This document shows positions 33,920 to 47,084 of a stretch of 48,924 nucleotides of DNA, piece by piece (the stretch's first letter is position 1; every line of letters begins with the position of its first letter). The DNA is from Chiloscyllium plagiosum (lineage: Eukaryota). Below the pieces are notes generated by a model, which was given only the letters and a program-made list of their open reading frames with translations, did not search any database and had not been told where the DNA came from. A program made the translations under genes and the position numbers. The stretch spans positions 1 to 48,924 of the forward strand of contig NW_025215178.1 of NCBI RefSeq assembly GCF_004010195.1. The letters are read 5' to 3'.

Positions 33920-34075
33920 ACTGCATTACAAGGGCCCAGTTCTTCAGCGAAATATCCCAGACCAAGCCATCTACAGCTGCTTCATCAATACGTTTCCCTC
34001 CATCATAAGTTCAAAAGTGGGAATGTTCGATGACAATTGTGCAATTAATACCACCCACAATTCCTCAGTTGAAAT
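33920..34075 (+). mobile_element. L2-type RT fragment
   Basis: AIYSCFINTFPSIISSKVGMFDDNC, a decayed FIND..MFADD motif. Confidence 0.65.
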
Positions 34076-34079
34076 TTAA

Positions 34080-34580
34080 CATAGCACAATCAATTAGAGA
34101 TTTAGTCCTATACAATGAGGAAGTCTAATTAATAACGTTACTACAATGGACCCTGTGAGATCTGACAGTACCGTAGTTCATTCTGAAACTAGAAATTGGT
34201 ATCTGAACAAAGGAAACTAAGAGGGTATGAGTGGCAAGTTGGCTGAGTTGGCAAGTTGGTGTCTTGGGCAAATCACTAAAAGCTTTGCCAGGAGACAGGC
34301 AATAGCTCGAATTTGAAAAGATACATCATTAATAACATTATACATTCATCAAATGTATAAAAATCTAATTGAAGAGATAAATCAACCATGGCTAATGAGG
34401 CTGGTACAATGGCAACATTTAAAATGCATCAGGATGGGAATATGATTAAAAAGGGTTTAGAGGGATATGGGCTGGATGCTGGCAAATGGGACGATATGAG
34501 ATTGGGATATCTGGTTCGGCATGGACAAGATGGACCGAAGGGTCTGTTTCCATGCTGTACATCTCTATGACTCTACTCTG
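34080..34580 (+). mobile_element. CR1 fragments including a 3' end
   Basis: GGACCGAAGGGTCTGTTTCCATGCTGTACATCTCTATGACTCTA terminus. Confidence 0.8.
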
Positions 34581-35867
34581 CGGCCTCATTGTTACTAGTG
34601 GGCTCGAAAACCCGATTAGTGACCGATGTCAGGCTAACTGCCTTATGATTTCTTGTCTTTTGCCTCCCTTCTTTCCTTGCACAGAGATTTTACATTCTGA
34701 TTTTCCAGTTCTCTGCGACGCTCCCTGAGGACATTTATTTCTGAAAATCCATCACCACTGCCTCCACAATTTTCTCCCCTATTTCCTTCAGAAGTTTGGG
34801 TTGTTAGCCTTCCAGTCTGTGTGATGTATCCATCTTCAAATATTGCAGCTTCCACACCACATTCTCATCAGCATCGACCACTACACTCATCTCTCGCCCT
34901 TGACTGTCTTGACGTTCTGGAATGCTGCTAGTTGCCAACCATTATGAGGACTGATGCAAAGCACCTATTCATTTCATCCTGCAATTCTTTGTCCTCCATT
35001 TCTCTGTAGCTGGCCTCGTTTTCAAGTTGTCCAATGTTCACTTTTGCATCTCTTCCTGTTATAGATCTTAACTAAACTCTTGCAGTCTCTTTTCATATGG
35101 GGAGCTAGCTTATACATTCCATATTTTCCACCTTATTGTTTATTTTAAATTATCCTCTGCTAATCAGGCTTCCCAGTCTTATCGGGACTGAGGGAGAGTA
35201 TTCCAGGGAATTGACTGCAGAAGGCAACATGCAACTACACTACACTAATCCTGTTAGCCATCGTTGGGTGGCTTGGTGACATAGCTCTGCTGCCTCACGG
35301 TGCCAGGGATTCGGGTTCAATTCCAATCTCTGGAGCCTATGTCTGTGGCCTTTGTACAATCTCCCCATGTTTGCATTAGGAGCATTAGCTCCTTTCGTCT
35401 CTCCACTGTCTATCTGCTTGTTTGTGCCATTTCTGTTTCAGGTCGATGAAGAAATGCGGCAAATGCAACCGATTTTCGTAAAAGTGACCCTGGTGTTCAG
35501 GATACCCTGGGTGTTCAGGATACTTGCCTGGCCACTTGTGTGAGTGCAATGTCACTGGTTCCCAAGTTATTCCTCTCAGTCCCTCGGTCCAACCATTACT
35601 GCATGCAGCCTTTCCTAGAGCCACTCCTGAGACTCCTTAGAACTCATTGCTTGGCACTGGATGCTCCCTTAGCAGGGCTGTGGACACAAAGACACTGGGC
35701 ACTTTGTGACCCACTAGGTTTGCTGTGTAAAGACCCTGCTATTGAAAGGAACAGAATAACAACAATCCAATTGATTCGCAAAGCAGAGTAAACGGACAGA
35801 TTGGCATCCAATGGCGTGGTCTTCTTCCAAACCGTGCTTGGACCAGAGTACTAGGGGATCGATTTAG

Positions 35868-37096
35868 TACCTCTACTCATTGAATTATCATGTGCTGTCT
35901 GTTTGATAGAGTGTAGTAGGATTCACTAAATAAGTGAGTTAACTTGTTCGATTGAAGCAAGAAATAAGCTTTGACTCATTGAATCAATGATTGGAGTTTG
36001 ATTCAATGATTCAATGACAGCAGTTTGTTTTATTAAATGAAAACGGCGAGCTTGACACATTGAATGAATGAGAGAAGCTATACTCATTGAATTAAGACGA
36101 GCAGTTTGGTTCATGTAGTGAACGTGTGCAGTTTGTTAGAGACAATGCGGGAGACTTGTGCCATTGAATGAATGAGAGTAGTTCTACTCATTAAATTGAC
36201 AAGTGCAGCCGCGTTCATTAATTAACGTATGCAGTTTGGTTCACTAGATAGGTTTGTTTGATTGTAACAAGAATAAGGTTTTATTCATTGAATCAATGAT
36301 TGTAGTTTGATTCAATGTTTCAATGAACGCAGTTTGTTTCATTGAATGAAAGCGTTAAGCTTGACCCATTGAATGAATGAGAAAAGCTCTACTCATTGAA
36401 TTAAGTCGTGGTCTGCATCTTTGAATATATGAATGCGTTTTGCTCGTGCATTGAATGAATGGCCGGAGCGCTACACTTTTAATAAAGACACTCAGTGAAT
36501 TTCATTGAATGAATGGGTGTAGTTTGATTCACGAGTTAAGTTTGTTTGATTGAATCCATTAATACTGTTTGATTCATTGACTCAATGATTGCAGTTTGAT
36601 TCAATGATTGAATGAATGCAGTTGGTTTCATTGAATGAAAGTGCTAAGCTCGAGACATTGAATAAAGAAGAAAAGCTTTACTTATGGAATTTACACGTGC
36701 AGCCTGTTTCATTTAATAAATGCATGCAGTTTGTATTATTGAAAGAACGCGTGCCGTTTCTTTCATTGAATGAATGGCAAAAGCTAGATTCATTGGAATA
36801 GGACTTGCAGTGTTCCTCATTGAATAAATGTTTTCAGTTTGTTTCATTAATGGCATGAATGCTGTTACGTCCACAAGAGAGTGAAATTTCGACCATTAAA
36901 TCAATAAATTACGATTGTTTTTATCAATCCAAGATTGAAATATGAATGAATGAATGAATGAATTAAGGTTGTTTCATTGAAATAAAGCGTTAAGCACGAG
37001 GCGTTGAATGATAGAGAAGAGCTCTACTCTTTGAATGAACGGGTGCACTTTGTTTCATGGACTAAATGTGTGCAGTTTGTTTGATTGAATCAATGC
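35868..37096. repeat. AT-rich satellite array 1 (~21-24-bp CATTGAAT monomers, higher-order blocks), continues into the gap
   Basis: Block GCAGTTTGTTTCATTGAATGAAAGCGTTAAGCTTGACACATTGAATGAATGAGAGAAGCTCTACTCATTGAATT recurs near 36020, 36329 and 36618. Confidence 0.92.
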
Positions 37097-37506
37097 NNNN
37101 NNNNNNNNNNNNNNNNNNNNNNNNNNNNNNNNNNNNNNNNNNNNNNNNNNNNNNNNNNNNNNNNNNNNNNNNNNNNNNNNNNNNNNNNNNNNNNNNNNNN
37201 NNNNNNNNNNNNNNNNNNNNNNNNNNNNNNNNNNNNNNNNNNNNNNNNNNNNNNNNNNNNNNNNNNNNNNNNNNNNNNNNNNNNNNNNNNNNNNNNNNNN
37301 NNNNNNNNNNNNNNNNNNNNNNNNNNNNNNNNNNNNNNNNNNNNNNNNNNNNNNNNNNNNNNNNNNNNNNNNNNNNNNNNNNNNNNNNNNNNNNNNNNNN
37401 NNNNNNNNNNNNNNNNNNNNNNNNNNNNNNNNNNNNNNNNNNNNNNNNNNNNNNNNNNNNNNNNNNNNNNNNNNNNNNNNNNNNNNNNNNNNNNNNNNNN
37501 NNNNNN

Positions 37507-38000
37507 ATGGAGAGTGTTAGCAATCAAACTTCAAGCACACTGGACAAACGAATGACAACGTGAAGAAGAACGATTAATACAGGATTGAAGGTGTTATATC
37601 TGAATGTATGCAGTGGAAGGAATAGAGTAAATGAGCTAGTGACGCAGATCAGAATTGGCAGGTATGACGTGGCGGGCATCACGGAGACATGGCTGCAAGG
37701 GTATCAGGATTGTGAGCTGGATATTCAAGGATATACATCTTAATGAAAAGATAGGCAGGTGGGCGGAGATGTAGGGTTGCCTTATTGGTAAGAAATAAAA
37801 CTAAATTAATAGTAAGAAATTGAGTAGGGTCAGATGATGGGGAATCTGTGTGGGTAGAATTGAGGTATCGAAAAAGTGAAAAAAACATAACTGGAGGCTT
37901 GTACAGGCCTCCAAACAGTAGTCAGGAGCTGGGGCACAAGATCCACCAGAAGAGAGCAAAGATGTGTAGGAAAGGCAAAGTTAGAGTGATCATGGGGATG
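37507..38000 (+). mobile_element. CR1 ORF2 start (APE endonuclease), decayed
   Basis: LKVLYLN..GITETWL..ESVWVEL..GLYRPPNS. Confidence 0.88.
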
Positions 38001-38009
38001 TTAAAAAGA

Positions 38010-38540
38010 AAGTTTGTTGAGAGTGAGGACGGGCTCAGCCCGTTGGAGGATGGTGGTGGTGTTTGGGTGCAGTTAAGGCCTTTGTTCCAGGAAGAGCAGA
38101 GAGTCCTGAGACCATCATAATGGGGGTGGGGGTTGGGGAGGGATATTGGTGGATGTATAATGGGATGGTACGACCATGGGGAAGAGGAGGTCGATGGAAT
38201 CTGCAAAATGGAAATTCTGAAAGTGGTATAAAGTGTCAGATGAATCACGGATGAAGATGGGCAAAGACTGGACCAGGAGGGATTACTGAGTCAAAGTAGG
38301 AAGAGATGAGTTGTTTGTAGCAGGTGCAGACTGAAGCAATGCGGCTTCCTGGGCCACCCTGTTTGTGGATATATGGAGGAGATGGAAACGAACTGTGCTA
38401 TCAGAGGGTCATCAGCTTTGGGCCATTGGCTGGGGTTGGGAGGGCAGTGTGGGGGTGGAGGAGGGCATCACCAGGAGAAATTAGATCAATTATCGCAGTT
38501 GATACAATGGCCTGATGTGCGATGGTGGGGGTCATGGTCT
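38010..38540 (-). mobile_element. Decayed Penelope-like RT fragment
   Basis: G-rich sequence resembling 42480-42940 (..DPHHR.., GLSPSS..). Confidence 0.5.
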
Positions 38541-40625
38541 AAGACTTGTTATACGTTTTTTCTATCACTTGATTCTTGTTCAGATTGTGCAGCTATCCTG
38601 AATTTCTGTAACTCCATCAAGTGCAGACGACATCTATTTTCTCGCCTAGTGCGTGCCTCAATGTTTCTTTTTTTTTTGCAATACGTGCAACAATGGGCGT
38701 TTGTTCTAATAATTTGCTTCCAATTCAAGGAAAACGTGAGAATATTATTTGAACTCGGAAAGTCTGTCCATTGCGTGCAATTTAATTGAATCTTTACCCT
38801 CATCACACTCACTCTTTCAAACAAAAAATGAATGAAACCGTAAATTCCGCAGATATTTTTCAGCTCTGATGATCGTTGGGAATGTTACAAAGGACATACT
38901 TCAGTGTCACGGAAAATACAAATGTTCCAGTGCAAAGTGCTAAATCCTAGTCCATCCTAAATTATTCACAAGCTTTATAAATAAAATATGCAGAGGTGGC
39001 AGAGCGTAGGTAAAAGGAGAGTTCAGCGCTGTGTTCAAAATGCTATTTCCGACTTCCTCAGAAAAGACCTTAACTACATCACTGTAAATTCCCCAAAATA
39101 AGAACAGCAAGAGACTGTCCCACTATTTCCATCGCTGTGAGCATCGTGTGGTGAGGAATACAAGTTCCAAGGTCACATAGCATCCTGGCTTGAATCAATA
39201 TCATTGTCCATTCACTGTCACTTGTTCATAATCCTGTGGCTCTCTTTGAAACATAACAGTTAGTGTCCCTGCACCACGAGGATCACTGGGGCTTACTATT
39301 CTGAATGGAAATTAGACACAGGCAATAAATGTTGGTCTTGCTAACGTAATTCACCTTACAAGAGCAACTGACAGGAATCTGCTCTATTAAAGGCATCCAT
39401 TCTAACCTATCTGATTTCTAACGCAGTTTTAATGAGGCTTTAACTTTGACCTAAGCATCTGACCTTTCTGTAACTCCATGAAACTTCCACAAGTGCTTTC
39501 GCAGTGCTGATTAAAAATCACAAGTTGTGCTCATCATTCTGAAAGGGAGAGCCTTTGTCCGCTTGAGAATGCGTTCATTATTTGTCAGTATCTAAAGGCA
39601 ATAGCAACGTAGAAACTAAGATTAGGAGTAAGTGATTGGACAACTTGAACCAAGTCTGCCATGTGATAAGATCATGAATGCTCTGACTGTGGCCAGAAAC
39701 ACACATTCCTGCTATGCCCTATAACTTTAATTCATAAATTATAGCCGATAAACTGACTGTGTCTTAAGAATATTCAATGTCTTACCTTGCATCCCTCTCT
39801 GGGAGGGAAGTTCCCACAGACGCAGATCACATTGAGATGGTTAACACAATCACCAACTCCTTCACTGAGATATTCTCCAGTTTCCAAGAGTCCATCCATT
39901 TCTGGAAATCACTCCCACAAATTGAAATATTGTTTCAGCATTCACCTTGAATAGACTACTCAGAATATTATGGGTTCAAATGGGATCATGCGTCATTTGC
40001 CTAAACTCCAACTGATCCAAGGCCAATCTGACTTTGTTTCCTCCGGAGATAAATGCTCTTCACAGGAATCAGTTGTGTAAATCTTCTCTGGACTGCTTTT
40101 CATGTCATTGGGCCCTCAGCTCTCCTGAAGTAGTCTCACCGTTCCCTGCAAAACTGTAGGAAATCTTCCCTACTCCTCAATGTATTGTCTTCAAAAGGTT
40201 TGAAGATTTATATTGCCTCCCTATGCTGTGCACGCAATGTGTTTTTTTTGCGATCCAGTTGCCTGATTCCTCTGTTCCTCAGCTTTGCAATCTCTCCATT
40301 GGATTAATACACTGTTTTTCCATTCAAACCTCCAATCTATTCAAACACAGACACATTTTTCCTGCTATGCCCCAAATACCAATATATCATTCATTTTACA
40401 CACTTTGAACTCTATATAATATTATGAAGTGTAGGTCAACATCCATTTAATAATTAAAAGCAATGCATCCAGCGAAGATCTCCTCACCTTATAATATGGT
40501 AAGGGAGTGTGACAAGTGATGTAACCCACCTTCTTTTTGACACCCAGTTTGTTATAAAGAAGTGGTTCAATGAAATGGGATCCTTTCACGCTTTCTGTAA
40601 TTAGCAATTACTATTTTCCTGTCTA

Positions 40626-40983
40626 GGGGTGAAACCGTGGCTCAGGGGCTAGCACTGCTGCCTCACAACGCTAAAGACCCAAGTTCGATTCCAGCCTCTA
40701 TGTTAAGTTATCACATTCTACACGTGTCTGGGTGGGCTTCAAACACGTGCTCCTGTTTCCTCTCACAATCCAAAGATGTGCGGGTTACTTGAATTGGGCA
40801 TGCTAAGTTGGCCATAGTGTTCACGGTTGTGTAAGTTAGGTGCATTAGTCAGGGGTAAATATAGTTAACCTATAGTTCATAGGGTAGAGGAATGCATCTA
40901 AATGGTTTACTCTTTGGAGGGTCAGTGTGGTCCTTGTTCGTCTGAAGGGCCTGTTTCTCTACTCTAGGGATTCTATGATTCTA
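40626..40983 (+). mobile_element. HE1 SINE, older subfamily, full length
   Basis: Head GCTAGCACTGCTGCCTCACA, B box GTTCGATTCC, tail GGGATTCTATGATTCTA. Confidence 0.9.
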
Positions 40984-41699
40984 ACTTTAACAGTGAACAA
41001 ACCACCAACAAACTGAACAGTCTCTCTGTAACTAATTACTTATTCTGGAATAAAACAAGATTTTCCTGATATGCGGTTTCACTAATACGGAGTCCACTCA
41101 TAAATCCATTAGTAGTAAGAACAAAATTAAACTTAGTTTCTCAAAGTTTATCCAGAATGGACTCTCTTGATATTTCTGTATCTTATTCCCTCATCTTTCT
41201 CTGTCTGAAATGCCTTCTCAGTTGTTTTCTAGTTTCAAGAATATTTGCTCAGCGTGTTGTGCATCTTTATTGATGGATAGAGCTTTTTAGGCAGAGCATG
41301 GAGATTTTTTCTGAGACCCCAATATTTCTTTCACAGATGTCACGTCCCTGTCATAATTTTTCAGAGAGCAGTGGACTCTACCCCTCTGTCCAATTGCCTC
41401 TCTGTTATATATATATATCTCCTTGACACAAGAAATTCTTATTATATGATTGATTTCATATTGTTAATTCTAAAATGGATCCTTAATCTCTAAGTGCCGT
41501 TTTAAGTTAATTGGCAGCATTTGAACTGTTGCCTGGGTAAAAATGCTGCTTGGGCCTGATAACTGAACGGGTTTGATCCATTCTGTCAATTTGGGCACCT
41601 GCAAACTGTTTACCCACAGACATTTGTTCTTCTGTTTAATCACCGAAAAGCACCTTACCTTTTCAAAGGTCATCATGGCATTGCCCAAAATTTTGCAAG

Positions 41700-42242
41700 T
41701 TCGCCGTTTTTACGCACCAATTGACTGATATGCACACTGATACCTCCACCTCTATAATAATAGTCCGATCAAAAAATCCTGATTACGATTTTTTAAAAAA
41801 ATCTTATTTCAAAACCAGCCAGCTGTCGATTCTTCTCCATATTCCTGTCTTCTTTTCTTATTCTTGGGGATTCTGCTTCCCAGGTCTTTGGCTGATAAAG
41901 GTAACTGTAAGAGAGCAGATCTTTATGCTACCAGGCCGGACTTGTTGGCGGATTGCTGCACTTTGCCGCTCTGGCAAACTGTTAAAAATGTTTGATATTT
42001 ATACCCCAAAAGATTGGATTGTTTCATTGGTTTTAATATTGTCAAAACACTGCAAACTTGATTAGCATTTGGCATTTTGACACATTATTTAAACTGATTG
42101 GCTGAATTTGAATTTGAATTTTTCTCATAGCAATCCAGATACAGCTAGCTGTTTAACCAAACATTACATTTTTCATTTTTCCAGTACTCTGGGGAGCCTT
42201 TCAACTCTCTTGAAGGTATGGTACACTTAAAAAATCATAACA
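41700..42242 (-). mobile_element. LTR-like element (5' end TGTTATGA; CCAAT boxes + TATA)
   Basis: Reverse complement is colinear with ~44177-44490; TATAAA at 41998-42003, CCAAT at 42013, 42026 and 42096. May extend to TGTTAT at 40550. Confidence 0.55.
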
Positions 42243-42499
42243 CTGTCCACCCTATCTAACCCTCTGATTATCTTATATAGATAAATTCAAATGAAAACAG
42301 CGGCAACTACCTCAGACTTTCCTTCTAAGACCTTCCCTCCAAATCAGGCAACATCCTCGTAAATCTCTTTTGAACCCTTTCCAAACGCTCCATGTTTCTG
42401 CAGCAAGCAGAAACATACGCAGTACTCCAAGTGTGGTCACACCTGAGTTTTGTGCACCTGCAGTATGATCGTGTGTCTCCAAAATTCTATCCCTCCTCC

Positions 42500-43010
42500 A
42501 ATAAATGCTTTGGTGGTGGGAGGTGGGGTCATGGTCAAGGGGGCAGTAGGAGGAGGTGTCCGCAAGTTGGCATCTAGCTTCAGCGATGTAAAGATCGGTC
42601 CGCCAAACTACCACTGCGCCTCCCTTGTCTGCCGGTTTGATGGCGAGGTTGGGGATGGAGCAAAGGGAGTGGAGGGCTGCGCATTGTGAGGGTGAGAGGT
42701 TGGAGTGGGTGAGAGGGGTGGACAGATTGAGGCAGTCAATGTCACGGCGGCAGTTGGATATGAAGAGATCGAGGGTGGGTAAGAGGCCAGCATGGGGTGT
42801 CCAGGTGAATGGGGTGCGTTGGAGGCGGGAGAAGGGGTCGTCAGAGGGTGGGCGAGAGTCCTGGTTGAAGAAGAAAGCGTGGAGGCGAAGGCGGCCGAAG
42901 AAATGCTCGATGTCTAGCCGCGTGTCGAACTCATTGATCCAGGAGCGTCCACACTCAGCACCACACTTTTCAACTCTGGTCTCCAGCATCTGCAGTCCTC
43001 ACCTTCTCCC
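42500..43010 (-). mobile_element. Penelope-like RT N-terminal fragment (minus) joined to an inverted terminus (plus, ~42955-43010)
   Basis: FFGRLRLHAFF..SNLSPSQCAALHSL..IKPADKGGAVVVWRTDLYIAEA..LDHDPT. Confidence 0.9.
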
Positions 43011-43019
43011 TGTTTCCTT

Positions 43020-43590
43020 CAATTAACAAGGGTTCACTGCCATATTGTTACATTAAGCACAATCAGATTCCCCCACCTCTGGAATTCAATTCTTTCTGTC
43101 CATGTTTGACCAAAGGTTGAAATGTGATCAGGAGTTGTTGCTGAGCAGATGCTGCTTCATAACACTGTATGTGAAGCTTTCCTTCACATTTTCATGATTG
43201 AGCTGGGGCTCTAATTCACTGGGTTGGCTTGTCCTGCTTTTTTTGCACATCACATGTCAAGTTTCCACTCTCTCAGGTAAAAGCCAGTACTGTGCTTCAG
43301 CAGGAACTGCTTGTCTCAGGATACAACAAACACTGGAGTACATGTCATCTGTCCCATTGCTGGAATGTTGTCAGAGCTTCAGCCTTTGTCCGCGAGAGGA
43401 GGTCAATTTGGAGCAAGACATCAACATTTCTGTCTGAACATTTGTGCCAATGGATTTAGCCTGATCTTTGCACTGATGTTTTGGCTCTACCATTGTAAAT
43501 TATTATTGGAGGTAAATGTGGAGCCTGCTCCTGCAATGAGTTGTTTAATTGTTCACCATCATTCATAACTGGATAGGGCAGGTCTGTAGG
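43020..43590 (-). mobile_element. L2-type LINE RT fragment
   Basis: GAGTTGTTTAATTGTTCACCATCATTCA..CTGGAT and neighbouring segments typical of reverse shark L2. Confidence 0.55.
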
Positions 43591-43604
43591 ACTTAGATGA
43601 CGTC

Positions 43605-45100
43605 AAAGAGTCACAAAGACGTAGAAATGTACAACAAAGAAAAAGACCCTTCGGTTGAACTTTTCCACACCAACCAGATATGCTAAATGAATATAGTCTG
43701 ATTTGCCAGCATTAGTCGCACTTCCCTCTAAATGCTTCCTATTCAAATAACCATCCTTTTAAATTCATTTCATTTCAGCTCATTCCATATACGCACCACC
43801 ATCTGTGTGAAAGATTTGTCCCTTATGTTCCTTTTAAATCTTTCCCCTCTCACTCTAAACCTGTGCCCTCCCAGTTGGGACTCCCCCACCCCGGGGAAAG
43901 ACCTTGGCTATTTATCCTATCTATGCCCTTTATGACCTTATAAATCTCTATGAGATAACCCCTCAGCCTCCAACTCTCAAGGGAAAATAGTGCCAGCCTA
44001 TTCAGCCCCTCCCTCTAACTCAAAGCCTCCAAACCTGGCAGCGTCCTTGTAAATCTTTTCTGAACTCTTTCAAGTTTCACAACATCCTTCCTCTCGCAGG
44101 GAGACCAGATTTCCAAAAATGTCCTAACCAATGTCCTGGACAGCCGCAACATGACCTCCAAACTTCTACATTCAATTGTTACGATGTTGAAGGCATGTAC
44201 TGTCCCCTTAACAGAGAGACAATGCTGTTCTCAACTGAGTGCTTCCAATCATCTGCGTATGTGACTAGATGGCAGACCGAGAGTGCATTGGAAAATTGAA
44301 AATTTTGGCTGTGAATTCGATACCTGAGTTTTGGTTGCTATTGTGACAACAACTTGAATTTAATTAATTTTGCCCCAGGAAATTAAAAACCAATAAAGTT
44401 TGAATATATTGTTTGGCCAACATCAAACCAATGAGATGATCTGATGTTGGGGGTATAAGATTGCAGAATTTTGAAAATTGGTCTGAGAGCAACTACTGGA
44501 GAGATAGAAACTCCTGGAGAGCTAATCGCCCTTCGAACATTTTGCACTCAAAGAAATTAGAAAGCACTCTCCATCAAAGGTACCTTTTCGTGAGAAACAT
44601 ACTTGCAGTAAAAAGAATTAAGAAGACCCAGAGAGATCAGCCAGAAGAGTGAAAACACAAAAGAAAACAGAGCCTGTGGTTTTGAAATTAAGTTGATATA
44701 ATTAAATGTTTTACTAGAACAACATATTGTTATAGATTTGGAGGCAGATAATAAGCAGGGGGCTTTGAGTTGTGAACAGTTATTAAAGAATACATTGATA
44801 TTGTTTTCTTAAATAGTGGAATTTTAGTGTTCTCTGTCACTTATATTTGAACAGATTATGAAGCAAAGTGAGTTTTTCTGGTTGTTTGCGTACTAAAGGT
44901 CTTCTTCACAATTCTGTCCAGCTGTGACTCCCTTCCAAGGAGCAATGAACCTGCACTCAAAGTCCCTTTGTTCACCAACATTCCTCAGGACCTCACCATT
45001 AAGTGTATAAGTCCTGTCCTGATTTGCCTTTCCAAAATGCAGCATTTCACATTTATCTAAATAAAATCCCATCCACCACTCCTCAGCCCATTGCCCCATC
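43605..45100 (-). mobile_element. CR1 3' portion interrupted by an LTR-like insertion (44177-~44890)
   Basis: CR1 3' UTR 43605-44176; resumes at 44893-45099 (WAEEWWMGFYLDKCEMLHFGK). Confidence 0.85.
44177..44890 (+). mobile_element. LTR-like element (starts TGTTACGA; CCAAT 44390 and 44428; TATAAG 44454)
   Basis: Interrupts CR1 and is homologous to the minus element ending at 42242; 3' end not identified. Confidence 0.6.
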
Positions 45101-45289
45101 CAATTTGTTGTAGAATTACTTAGTTCTGTTTCTCACATCCTAGTCAGGCATGTGGCGAATGTATTGATGAAGACCATGGCTTAGATGTCATTCTTAGCAA
45201 GATCAGCCTTCTTTGAGGTGTGTCTGTGTGTGAGTGTACAGGGGTGTGTGAGTGAGTACGTATGTACAGGAGTGCTTGTGTGTATCGCT

Positions 45290-46572
45290 TGATTTACTGA
45301 AACAATCATTTAAGTTAGATTCAATGAGTCAAGAATGCAGTTTGTTTCATTGTATGAAAGCGTTAAGCTTAACACATTGAATGAATGAGAGAAGCTCTAC
45401 TCATTGAATTAAGTCGGGCAGTTTGATTCATGGAGTGAATGTGTGCTGTTTGACTGAGACAATGTGTGAAGCTTGTGACATTGAATGAATGAGTAACTGT
45501 ATGCATTTGATTGACAAATGCAGTTTGCTTCATAAACTATATGTGTGCAATTTGTTTGAGTGAATCAATGCGTCAAGAGTAACCCTACTCATTGAATTAT
45601 CACGTGCAGTGTGTTTCATTGAATGAACGAGTGTCATAGGAATCATTAAATAAGTGAGTTCGGAATGTTCAATTGAAACAAGGAATAAGGTTTGATTCAT
45701 TGAATCAATGATTGTAGTTTGATTCAATAATTCACTGAATGCAGTTTGTTTCCTTAAATATAAATGGTGAGCTTGACACATTGAATGAATGAGAGAAGCT
45801 CTACTCGTTGAATTAAGACCGGCAGTTTGGTTCGTGTATTGAACGTGTGTCATTAATTCAAAGAAACAAATGTAATTGATTGATTACAGTTTCATTGAAC
45901 CAATCATTAAAGTTTGATTCAATGAATGCAGTTTGTTTCATTGAATAAAAGCGTTAAGCTTGACACATTGACTGAATGAGAGTCGCTCTACTCACTGAAT
46001 TTACAAGTACAACCTCTTTCATTGTTTGAACGTGAGCAGTTTCGTTCACTCCATAAAGCGTGTTAAGTTTGTTTCATTGAAACATTGAATAACGTTTGAT
46101 TTACTTGATCGAGCATTAAAGTTTGATTCAATGAATCAAGAATGCAGTTTGTTTCATTGAATGAAAGCGTTAAGCTTGACACATTGACTGAATTAGAGAA
46201 GCTCTACTTATTGACTTAACCCGTGCAGTTTGCTTCATGAAGTGAATGTGTGCAGTTTGATATTTCAAGAATGTGTGAAGCTTGTTACATTGAATGAATG
46301 AGTAGCTGTATTCATTGATTTGACAAATGCTGTTTGCTTCATGAACCAAATGTGTGCAATTTGATTGATTGCATCAGTGCGTTAAGCTTGAAGCATTGAA
46401 CGAAAGAGAGTACCTCTAACCCTTTGAATTGACAAGTGCAGCCTCTTTCATTGAATGAACGTGTGCATTTCATTCACTAAATAAGCGTGTTACGTTTGTT
46501 TCATTGAAAAATTGAATAACGTTTGATTCATTGAAACAATCATTAAAGTTTGATTCAATGATTCAACGAATG
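45290..46572. repeat. AT-rich satellite array 2, same family and orientation as array 1
   Basis: The same block recurs near 45337, 45741, 45928 and 46144. Confidence 0.92.
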
Positions 46573-46766
46573 CCGAGAATAGTCCTGGACAGTCCAGGCA
46601 CTCTTTCCCTCACTCTCTTCTTCCATACTCTCCCTGGAGTTCTACACAGGGGTTAACTCTAAACTCCCCCTTCCCCAGATAATCTCTCCAACATTGCCCT
46701 GTACAGGGCTCAGGTGGAACTGTCAAAAAGCTGTGTGTGTGTCTGTTTGTCTGTTTGGAGACTTAC

Positions 46767-46813
46767 CCGACAAAGGCAGCTGCAGGGTACTGTTGGTGTA
46801 CAGTCCGGCTCCC
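46767..46813 (-). other. Candidate 47-nt internal exon of an unidentified gene
   Basis: CTCACACCCCACTCTCTCCTCCAG|GGGAGCCGGACTG...TTTGTCGG|GTAAGT; open in all three frames; non-repeat context. Confidence 0.5.
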
Positions 46814-47084
46814 CTGGAGGAGAGAGTGGGGTGTGAGGGCAGATGGGGGAGTGGGTCAGATGAGGGGGCAGTGATGCGGATGGGGGTCAGGTGGTGGGTG
46901 GACATGGATGGGGTTGCGGGTTGGGGCTGTGGGGTTCAGGGCAGGTGGGGGCGGATGCGGTGGGGTTTTGGACGGGATTGGGGTGGGCAGGGCAAGAACA
47001 GGGGGGCGGTCTTGCACAGGATTGTGAGCAGACGGGTTGTGGCTCCAAAGGAGATCGAGGTTAAGTCTCCTGCAAAAGATAACA

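Noticed and set aside
1376..37563. Long ORFs containing X runs (around 1551, 11717, 21893, 26641, 29265, 37097)
   Set aside because: Artefacts of translating N gaps.
38990..39060. tRNA-like start GCAGAGGTGGCAGAGCG
   Set aside because: No convincing B box or cloverleaf.
40550..42242. Single element bounded by TGTTAT...ATAACA
   Set aside because: No clear TSD and the interior may be composite; only the right part was annotated.
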